Part shown: piece after piece, positions 46,471 through 57,404 of the stretch
Layout: every line of letters starts with the position of its first letter
How positions within the stretch are numbered: position 1 is the stretch's first letter
NCBI GenBank assembly: GCA_977020255.1
Contig: CDROCS010001093.1
Coordinates: forward strand, 124,001-185,057
DNA from: Obrimoposthia wandeli
Lineage: Eukaryota
Reading direction: 5' to 3'
Length of the DNA: 61,057 nt
Made by a program: the position numbers and the translations under genes
Notes under the pieces: model-generated
What the model was told of the DNA's origin: nothing
Database searches by the model: none
What the model saw: the letters and a program-made list of their open reading frames with translations, nothing else

Positions 46471-48489
46471 GTCTGTACGATTGTTGAGTAAGAATGTGTG
46501 TTCATATGTTTATACCATGTGTAATTCTCTTTTTAGGATTGATTTTTTATATCATGTTTGTGTGTGTGAATATTATATACGGAGATGCGATTCAAAAGAC
46601 ATTGTTTATAATGAAACTTTCAAATATAAAGATCATACTACCGCTTATATAGGGAATATATTTTAACAATTATTTTATCTCAAATTTTCAAATCTATTTT
46701 ACTTTAAAATTCCAATTAACTACTTTTTTACAAGTAGAAAAGTTTATATAAATAGCCAGACATAGTTTTATTTGCAGTCGACGTGATTATTGCGAATTGT
46801 GAATTGGTAGCAGTAAAAGAGTATTGTAGGTGCTGTGATAGTGAAATAAATGGATCAAAAGCAAATTATTCAAACCACTAATGGCTAAACGTATTTTACG
46901 TGATATTAAAAAAATTCTGCTTAGCAGTTGTATTAGGATAAATAAAACGCCAGGCGGCCAAACCTTTTACGCGATTTGTAGGGATTTGAGAATAATATTG
47001 TTTAAACTTGTGGGAAACTAATGACAAACGATTAGACTGAGAAATCCCACTACATAAACATTGTGACTTAGACGAAGGGTTTGTCATTTTATATAATTTT
47101 TGGTTTAAAGAGAGTACATAGTATTAGAAGGGTTGGCTGAAGCGAAGTAGTGATTTTAAAATGCTCTCACAGTTGATTTAATTTTCTGAAACAGGAAATT
47201 TGAAGATCAATTAATTTATTGAGACGCAGTGTCAGCCGTGGCATTGACATTTATTGTACTTATATTTTGCTAGCCCGGGAAATGTGTGACAGTGTGTTTG
47301 TGGAAGAGATAGGGGAGAGCTCAGAATGGATCAGGTTCTTGTTTGCGGGCTTGTATGTTGAAGAAGAGGTGACCCAGTTCAATCCGAACAGTGACTCAAG
47401 CGCTGAACATGAGGGGTATTTCACCCATTTGTTTCGGGGTTTTTTCTGTGTACTTGAATCAACTGATAAGGCCGGCTCTGTAAAATGCCGAAGTCAAAAA
47501 CAGGCGTTGTTTACTTATAAATTCAATATTTTCACTGGTTTTATAACCTGTTTTTGCACCTCACGAATCATGACTCAATGTTGTGTAAGAATTGACAGAG
47601 AAATAAGACTTAAAAGTTTTTTATTCTCATTTTAATATATTCAATCCGGATTTGAAGAATAAAATAACACAATTTTTGTTTTAATTTAAATTAAGGTTAT
47701 TGATGAAAACCTTTTTTGAAAATGCATTTTTACTAAACCTTATTTCTTAAATAATATATCACTTCTTCCGAAGATTTAGCTTTTTTCAATGCTAGGTATA
47801 TAAAGTATTAAAAATCAGAATTATTTTTAAGGTTTAACAGATAATTTTATTTCAGTTCAAATATTTATGAACTTTAAAAATGTTAATCTTATTTTATCAA
47901 TGCATATTTTTTCAAATACAAACGATTTTTACAGAAGAGATCATGAAATTTCTTTATTAAGTCAAAAGTCATTAATGTGCAATTTCTGTTTAAAATTTTA
48001 TCAATTTATTATGTTCAAATAATATTGTAAAAACTTTGAAACTTTTTTAAATATCAGGACTCGAGCTTACACTGTTGTTTTTGTATGTTAAATCGGTCAA
48101 ATAAAAATAAGTCTAAAATTTCCACGAATATTTTTATATTTTGTAAAATAATATTTTATTTAGAAATTTATTGTTTTATTAATTTTGTCTAAAGTTTTAC
48201 TAAATGGCTTAAGACTCGAGTTTTTATTGTCCAACTTTTCAGGTAAATAAAATTCACATGATTGTTTACATTATTAAGATAAAAATATCAAAACATATTT
48301 GTAAATAAAAGTATAAAAAATATCCAAAAATATCCTCATCAGAATAGAGAATATTATTTTCAATTAACAAAACAGAAAAATAAGAAAATATCCATTTCCA
48401 AACCCAATATAAACATAATTTAAACTATAATTTGATATAGTTTTCTCCAAATTTACGCCTTAATTTCTTTGCAAATAGCTGTTTAACTC

Positions 48490-49505
48490 ATTTTGAAATT
48501 CGGTTATGATCACTACTAAAATTCCGTCTTTGAAGATGTCATTCAATGGTGAATTTCACAGTTTGGGACAGAATGGTCAACAGATCTGCTTCCTTCAATA
48601 CTCTGGAGATAGACAGCTTGAAAAACTCCTGATTCATAAGAACATTGACTAACTGAGCCCACAGCCTTACCAAAATTTTACAAAATGAGATTATTGAAGG
48701 CAGGGCTGGTCAGGTGAAGGACTTAATTTTTCTTCTGGGTCGGTGGTTTAGTGCGGGAATGTGTGTCCATCTGGAATGCATAAGAGATGATCATTTATTA
48801 TTCATCAATACATTTCTGGACCATTTCTTTCATTACAATTTCTCAGGTGGGTCCATGTTCTCCTGGCAACAGAAAGAAAAATGACTGTATTATTCAAGGT
48901 ATCACGTATGACTCAGTTTTTATTCATATTCTCTTCTACATCAACTCTTTCGCGGCATATGTACCAGACGACGTTCGTTGCGCTCTCTGTGCTGAAGGCG
49001 TCTTTGTCTAATAATCTAAAAGGAACAAGTATACTGCAAAAGACGCTGCTTAGAGAGACGTGGAGCCAGAAAAACAAAGTTGTCATAAGCGTAGAGAAAA
49101 GAGAAACGGTCTTATTTTCCACAGACTCATGAAGACCAATGGTTTTCAATGCTATATTGGGCTTTCTCGGAATTTTCCTCGACGGCATATTTTCTTCAAT
49201 ACCCATAGTAAATCTGCAGCATGCTCACCACTCTCTTTAACATGGATTGGAGCTGGAATATGAAAAGGCTCTAATTCCAAATTTGCAGCTGAACACACAT
49301 TCACTCACTGGACAACCCAACCAAGAGGAAAGATGAAGTCATCATTCTGACTAGCCTTCTCCCGCCTTCCTACAGCCCTGCCTTCAAAAATCTCAAAATT
49401 TTCTACCCTTGGAAACGCTGTAGGCTCAATCAGTCGATGTTCTTATGAATCAGAACTTTTTCAAGCTGTCTATCTCCAGAGTATTGAAGGAAGCGGATCT
49501 GTTAA
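48490..49505 (+). mobile_element. Non-LTR retrotransposon (LINE) ORF2 remnant preceded by an inverted related fragment
   Basis: Degenerate RT motifs IIQG...LFYINSF...CALCAEG (PQG..YINDL..YADD), WSQKNKVVISVEKRE and FLGIFLD. 48578-48715 is an inverted, diverged homolog of 49365-49503. Confidence 0.6.
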
Positions 49506-52500
49506 AAAATAAAAATTCGAGCATTTGAAATTTTATAAATTAAATTTTGTATTTAACTATTTGATTAATTTTATCTCAAAATGTGAACACTTAAAACTTG
49601 TGTCATGATATTATTAGAATTTCCACTTTATTTCAAACGGTATTTTAAACTAAACTTATTTAGATAATAAATGCAAACAATTAATTTAAATCATTTTTTA
49701 ATAATATTTTTTAGATTATTAATAAAATCACTACAGAAATATTGAAAAAAGTTAAAAATAATTAACTAATGCTGTTTCATGATATACATATGATTTATAT
49801 ACTTTAAAAAATAGAAATATTTTAAATTTAATCATGTGTTTATAAATAAATAGGCACTTATAATAATTTTACCCTTTATTATTTCATTTTAAGTTATTAC
49901 AATTATATTTTAATAATTTTTATTTTAGACAATAGTTACATAAAGTACTTTTTTATTTTAATCATTTTTATTATTTAATTTTCATTATAATATAGAATTT
50001 ATTGTGTATTTATTTTAAAAAATGTAATATTATTTATTTTGTGTATAAAATTTATTTTAAGTTTGTATAATAATTCTGAAACAATTAAATTTTTAATTGT
50101 CTATTAAACACAGGACAAAACTGTTTTTACATATTCAAAAACGTTTTTTATATAAAAATGGGTAAAACTATTATATTTGACAAAAATATTATAAATTTTT
50201 AAAATAAAAATAATTTTATTGAGCTTTAAAAAAATTAATAGAAATTATATTAAAATTTTTACATTAATAACTTTTAACTTAATTCAGATGTGTCAATTAA
50301 ATCTAAAAAAAGTTTTAAAAAAAAATTATTTCTGAATATAATTTTGTCCTTTTAATTCAAAACGAGTTCCCTTGTAATGTGTATTATTGTAGCAATTATT
50401 TCAAAATGTACAATAATGCTTTTAATTACATATTGTCTGTTCAGACATGAGAACTAAGGAGGAACTCAAAATGTTTGAGATTGATAGTAGGACTTGCTTT
50501 AAGGTAGTGAAAAATTGGTAATTATTATGTACAATATAATGTGTTAGTTGAAGAATAAAATAATGTGATTAATATGTCTTATTTTTTTCAAGGAATTAAC
50601 TTTCCTTTTCACAAAATAATAATAAGATTAAAGAGTGACTGGTTTTTTTCAAACGAATGACAGTCAATATATATACATTCATATACATTCACATAAAAAT
50701 TGTCACTAAATATTTATGTATTTCAATTGGTAATGACATTTGAGTTCATCAATACAGCAGAATTAATTTTTCATTTTTCATTTTGAAAATAATGCAGAAT
50801 TTTGGGAGTGAAATTTAATATTCATTGAATTAGAAAGCATGTCAATTTAAGATCCCAATATTACAAGTCTTTCCAGCAAAAAATTATTTATGGGCATAAC
50901 TAGAATTTCACAGATGAGATTTTTCACAAAGAAACTGTCAATTCACCCTACAAACAGTCACAAAATTTAGATCTAAATGAATCGTTATTTTGAATAATTA
51001 ATTATCTCTATCGGTTTTGGTGAGTTTATACATTGCATTCGTTAAAAAAATGTGAGTGTCTGTGAAAGTGGGTGTGGTTTTGGAAGTGAGTGTAAGTGTG
51101 GGTGTTGGCGCGGATGTGAGTGTATGAGTAATCTGCAAGTAAGTAAAATAATTGTATTCCATTTTATTTGTAATTTCGATTTTCGTATATTTCTTATTGA
51201 ATTGATGTATTTAATCAAATATAGATGAAAAATTTAGGTTATTGTGTGATATAATAAGATTATATTTCTTAAATTGAGAATCGTTAACTGTTTGACCATA
51301 TCACACAGAAAGAGGCTTGAAGAGACGCAAATTTTATGAATCCAATATGAGAAGGATAATGAAAAGATAGTTGTCTATCGAAAAAATGATCTTTGACATT
51401 TACCTTCAAGATCTTCTGATGGCAAAACCATGATTTTTTGAAACCTTTTAAAATACAGAGTGTAAAAATGAGAAATTTCAGATCCTCGAGCAGCTGATTA
51501 GCAAATTTAAATCAAGTATTGCCAAATTACCAGGAATTCGGTTATAAAAGGTTTACTATTATGTCCACTTACGTTTGGAGACTGTACTTAGAAATAGTGG
51601 TCATCAGATTGAAAAGTTTAAAGGATTTTATAAAATCTGCAGAATTATTGAACTTTTGTGTTTTGATTGAAATTAGAAATATTATTTCTGGGAAAAATGG
51701 TTTTGAAATCGAAGTTAATTTTATGGATGCACTGTATATTCTCCTAAAGACATACTTTTTATTAATCCATAGAAATCAAATTAACTAAATAAGCATATAT
51801 ATATATATTTGTTTCAACTATATATAGTAATATTTAATTCAAATACAAAGTCAAATAAATTTTTGTAAAAGGTACATTGTAATGGTAGAACAAATAGGAA
51901 AGTTTCAAATGCCACAAAAACGTGGCCTAAATCAACTAAAAACAACAATATTGAGTTGGAAACACCTAAGTGTTAAAATGCAGTAATGAATGTGTAAAAA
52001 AATTAATTTATGTAACTCTGTTTACTGTAAGTAATGACATCATTGATTTAGTGTTCAAATTAGAGATGTTCCCAATATATCAGCTTATACTTTACTTTAA
52101 TACAAATTACAAATTACAAATTAATATTTAGTTCAGTAATAATATTTGTGATAGTAGATTAAGGTATCGATTCTGGAACAGTACTCCCGTCTGAAGATTA
52201 TCGCAATGAGTGGCATGCGATCATTACCAAGCGTACTCACAATGGCTGGTGAGCGTTCTTTTGAAATGATAAATCAACCTTGTCAGACTACAATTGTGAA
52301 ATCTCAACAAAATAAATTAGTCAACTATTTTTAGCTATACATACAAGCTTCAATACAATATAAACAGTAAGTCGGCCTTCAAAATTTTGTCCCGGGTACC
52401 AAATTATTTATATTAAAGTGAAAGCTCTAAAAATTATTTTTAAAAAAAAATTGTGGCCTTTTCAGCTTTTGTCAAAAATATTTTCGTTCAAACTATTTCA

Positions 52501-52739
52501 GAAATTAACCGCGAACTTTTTTCATGCTATGTCAACGACGACCACACAATAAACATAAAATTAACTGCACGCCTAAAACAAAATAGAATAAAAAATGTAT
52601 TTGATTTAGAAATACAGTTGTGTTTTTGAATCGAGGTTAGAAAATATATTTTATGATCTTATAAAAATAACTATTTTTGTACAACGGTGTAATCAATGCT
52701 GATAAATATTAAACATCATTAGATAAACTGAAATAAGCG

Positions 52740-53730
52740 TTACTAATTATGAACTGACGAATTATCATTATTCGTTTCTCTTTTTAACTATTCGAATATA
52801 TATTTATATACAAATTTAGTAAATTAACTCAACAAACAATTTTTTTTTTTTAATTACTTGATATTTTTGCCATTCTCTTATCAATATAATATGAATATTC
52901 AATTATTTCTTCAAAAATTCTTTTTATATGTTATATAATATTTCTTTACCACATTATTGTGGTATTTTATCAAGTGATTTTAACTTTTAACTATTAAAAA
53001 ATATTTTAATTATGAAGTTAGTAGCTGTACCCCACCGACTGCCTATAATATAAATTTCAAATATAAAGTACTATTAAATGTATTCTTTCAAATAGTAAAT
53101 GTTCTTTCGAGTTATTTAATTTTGTTTACTAGACATTCGAAAATTGACTTGTAAACATAATATAATTTCGCATATATTAACTTTAATATGTTGTAAGTTA
53201 TTATTTTAATATAATTTACAACCAAAACTTCAAGTAGTTTGCTTATTAATCATAATTTAAGGATTTGTACAATAAATTGACTTGTAAACATAATTTATTT
53301 TGTATATATTCATTTAATATATTGTAAGTTAATACTGTAATATTCCATTACATAAAAAATTAATTTATATTTTACTGTCGTTTACTATAAATTTACTTGT
53401 AAACATAATATATTTATTCATATATTCACTTTAATATATTGTAAGTTATTAATTTAATATAATTTACAACAAAAACTTCAAGTAATTTACTTGTAAACTA
53501 CAATATTTATTTGTTGTTGCATATATTCAGTTTAAAATGTTGTAAGTTATTACTGTAATATAATTTACAAAAAAAACTTCATGTAGTTAAATATTCAAGT
53601 AGTAATCATAAGTTTAATGTTTTGTACCATAAATTGACTTGTAAACATAATTTATTTTGTCATATATTCATTTAATATATTGTATGTTATTACTTTAATA
53701 TTCCCTTACATAAAAAGTAATTGATAGTTT
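52740..53730 (+). repeat. Fragment of the AT-rich satellite-bearing element (~120-bp AATTGACTTGTAAACATAAT units)
   Basis: Near-identical to 59945-60800, with repeated aattgacttgtaaacata...ttgtaagttattactttaatataatttacaacaaaaacttcaag units. Confidence 0.85.
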
Positions 53731-55172
53731 ACGATCTAAATTGGGAATTGCAGCATAGTGGAATTTCTTATTATGTTCGAGCAAAATTAAGTTGACCCGA
53801 GTCCCCTCATTTTTTCTCCTATAAATTACATCTACAAAAATATTTTTAAAAATTTCTTCATCTTCATCTAAATTAACTGGGATATCTGTATTATATTTGA
53901 ATACATTAATACTAAAGTTATTAAGGTGTTTAAATCCCAATACGCTATACAGAAAGCAAAGGTTATCACTGATTTGTATGTTAACAATGGAACGTAAAAG
54001 TTGAAGAGATCTTGGTGAAGGAATGTATGAACTCCACGAAAAATAAATCATGTCAGTGAACTTTGTTAGAACAAAGCTAACATCGTGAATTCTAACTAGA
54101 GTCCACCCACTACTTAACTCGCTATAATTAGCAATTATTTCATCTAGAATTATTTCTTCCACGGGTAGGTTGATAGTTGCCTCCTCCAGAACGTCTTCCA
54201 CCAATTCGGCTTCCTATATGAATAATTAAAATTAATATATAATTAAAATTAATTTACATCAATAACATTCAGAGTCAGTAGGTATTGGTGTTCAGTCCTC
54301 GGCTCCTTCTGGCTGTATTGACTCGCCAAGTACTGCGGTTCTATCAGCCTCTCCGCCGTGGTCACTGACGGTGCCAAATCCAGTTGAAGTTTCTACAAAT
54401 GAAATTTAAATAAATTTAAATAAATTAATTCTAACCTCATTCTTCGCCTTTATTCTCCTAACGTATCGGAGATTGTTGCCTTCTGAATGGTTAAGGCGCC
54501 GTATTGTCTGCTATCGGAGTTGGAGTAGCAGAGGGAGTGAAAGCATCCTATTCGTCAGTGAACATCCGCCACTCGTCGTCGTCCAATTCTGCCACCATTG
54601 ACTCATTTGCGGCAGATGTGTTGTCAGGGGCTCCGAGACTTGGCTGGATCCATTCGTCGATGAATGGGCACGCGTTGGCCCTTAGATAGCCTCCCAGACA
54701 CTTCTTCACTCTGTGGGAGCACTATAAGATTTTCAATTTTAAAGGGTTTTAAATGCAGTTTATTAGTTTTTAAAATGTTGGGGGTGGCGTAGAAAAAAAA
54801 CACGTATACGTTACTTTATATAATTCATAAAGTTATATATAGGGATTTAGTGGCACGGTCGGTATGGCACGGCACACGTGAGGACAAATTGGAGAATTTC
54901 AGAAGGTAAATGGTAAGCCAGGAATAGCAGGGACCTGCTCGAATTCGCTTTTGACGGAATTCAAGTATCCCATGCGCTTAATTTTCCAATTTCATTTCCT
55001 CACCTTGACCACCGTACAATCCACCGCCAGTAAACTGCATTTGTGCAATTGAAAGGTGTATACACGTCTCAGGATATTTCCACTCCACACACATTCCCGA
55101 AATTTCACTCCACACACAAGGACAGTGGTAGAAAGTAGCGGGAGGACCGGACATATCCACCTACTTTCTACT
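53730..55172 (-). mobile_element. Polinton copy D: terminus, gene-1 exons 1-3 remnant and PolB fragment, internally deleted
   Basis: The minus strand starts AGTAGAAAGTAGGTGGATATGTCCGGTC (55172). Gene-1 exon 2 is at 54258-54392 with introns 54393-54435 and 54214-54257. The PolB fragment 53730-54145 matches 18277-18810. Confidence 0.9.
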
Positions 55173-55539
55173 ATTTCAAACTTTATTTTTCTTAAAATAA
55201 AAATGTTCATTTTATATAAATTTTTTATTCCCTTTAGAATTAAAAACTGAATTTTATGTTAGTTACTATGTGAAAAACTTAGAAATGTAAATTTGAAACT
55301 AACTTAATTATGTTTTCAATAAAAAGGTTTATTTTATATTAATTTTATATTCCGTTTAGTGTTTTTTTGGCACGTTTTATAGATATGTCTTTCGTTTCGC
55401 ACGTTTTTTGAAGTTATAGAACGTGTCCCCTATTTTACTGTGGAGTCTATGTCTTTTTTACACGGTTTTCTATGGAAAGTATCTACCGTGTAAAAAGAAA
55501 ATTAGGTGTATTAGAAAATCACTTGTTAAATATTATTAT

Positions 55540-55800
55540 TTTCTTGGATATCATGGAGTGATCTATATGGATGACTGGCCGGCTTGTTGCCCTAATCTAA
55601 ATATAACAGAAAACGTTTGGAGTATACTTGAAAAAGAAATTATGAAGTATGATTGCCATACAAAAGATCAAATGATACAGAAATGGGAGAAAATTAGGCA
55701 TACCCTATCAAAAAGTTTCAATCTTTGCATCGATCAATTCCCAAAATACTAAAGAAAGTGATTACATTAAGAGGAGGTTCTTCTAAATATTACTATTCAT
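55540..55800 (+). pseudogene. Tc1-like transposase C-terminal remnant
   Basis: DWPACCPNLNITENVWSILEK (WPxxSPDLNPIENVW) and a terminal KVITLRGGSSKY. Confidence 0.8.
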
Positions 55801-57404
55801 TTACCTTTAAATGTATTTTAGTTTTTTATTTTCAGTATTTTGTAGTCACATTATAAATTAAATTTATTTTTATTGATGTGCCATTTACTTATGAAATATG
55901 AATAATTTCTATCTTCAACTATTGACAATTTTAAAATGAGTGAAATAAAATACGAAATGCAAATTAGTATTAAGAGTGATTTAAAATAAGATTTTTGTTT
56001 TATTAACGTACACCCAATCAAATTGATTAGCTCAATTTTAAAGTTCAATATCAACGACTGGATGTAAATGGCTACAAGATGGCTACAAGATGGCTTCAAG
56101 ATGTATACAAGATGACTAAAAAATAAATACAAATATTAATTATTTTTGGATATATTTTATGAATCAAATGAAATAAAAAACAAAAGTAACAAAATGAGTA
56201 ATTTATTTTTAGTCACCAAAAACATCTTCTTCTCTAAGACTCTATTCGAAGAACTTTCTTACATAATTATTGTCGTCTCGCTTTAGCTCCTCTTCCACAA
56301 TGGGAATCATTTGACTTATTCTGTCGTTTGTAGTCGATACATTTGATATTCAAAATTTGAATGTGTAATTTTAAAATTTCAAATATGTAAATACAGCCCT
56401 GGATTTGCACCCCTCTTTTAAACTGGGAAGGGTTCTTAACAAAAAATAAATTTCAAAGAAATGTTTTAATAAAATACGTACAACAGTTTATAAAGAAAGC
56501 ATGCGGTCACAAGTAGTGAGTTTTAAAATTTATCGATATTTTCGTCAAATTGTATATTTGAATTTTTGACAGATATTTCCTCACACAAAATAACAACTAC
56601 ATGGTTCATTCTATCATCCTCCATTGCATATCTTAAGTAAGTCTCGACAATGCTGAGATAGCTATGGGGTATACATTAGTTTCAGCTGACAACAAAGGAC
56701 AGAAATTATTGAATGATAAAGTTATAAACATTGCAATTCCTGTATTTCAACTACCCAGAGAAATGGGAGATCAACTTAATAATATTGAAGCCAATTGAAG
56801 CAAATGATTGGATTGGTCGAGCTGTTTACGCTAAAAATCGACAGAAAAATCTATTTCTATATTGAAAAGAACCGGATAAAATATAAACTTTATATCTGAC
56901 AAACTGTGAAACTGAGATTGATAAAATCTTCTGTGAAGTTACGATGAAGTACAACTCTCCACAACTGCAGCAACTCACGTGAACTATTTCCGCCTCATCG
57001 GCTTCAAATTGAAAGACTTTATCAGGCATCGTTCCAATCAGGAGAAAGAGTAAATTACTACGCCTAAAATTCCAGCCTTAACACTGCTCCAAAATTCTGT
57101 GGAAATCGCTGACTAAATCGCGTACAGAGTGATTTTTTAGTTTGATATTAGTATTAGCTGTGTGAATAAGAATGAATATTTTGTGATGACAATTTGAAAA
57201 ATATGATGTTTCTTCCCGTTTTACAGTATATACTATGCTTATAACTAACCTTAAGTGATAACCAACTAGATTTAAAGTATTTATTTATTTCTGCAGCTCT
57301 TAGCGAACTTTTGTTTGTTACTTTTTTGATTATAAACAGATACTTTGAAAATAAAAATGAATTTAAATTTGAATTTTAAATGAATAAATATTATAATACC
57401 ATCA

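Noticed and set aside
48913-49206. Hydrophobic minus-strand ORF as a host membrane-protein exon
   Set aside because: The plus strand carries degenerate reverse-transcriptase motifs, so the ORF is its antisense shadow.
49400-49500. SYESELFQAVY peptide resembling the TBP motif SYEPELFPG
   Set aside because: It lies in an alternative frame of a LINE ORF2 remnant, the inverted homolog reads SYESGVFQ, and no other TBP features flank it.
50410-57060. Scattered exon-like patches (about 50415-50490, 52160-52250, 56640-56800) as a host gene
   Set aside because: I could not connect them into a consistent frame, several contain stops and none resembles a known protein.
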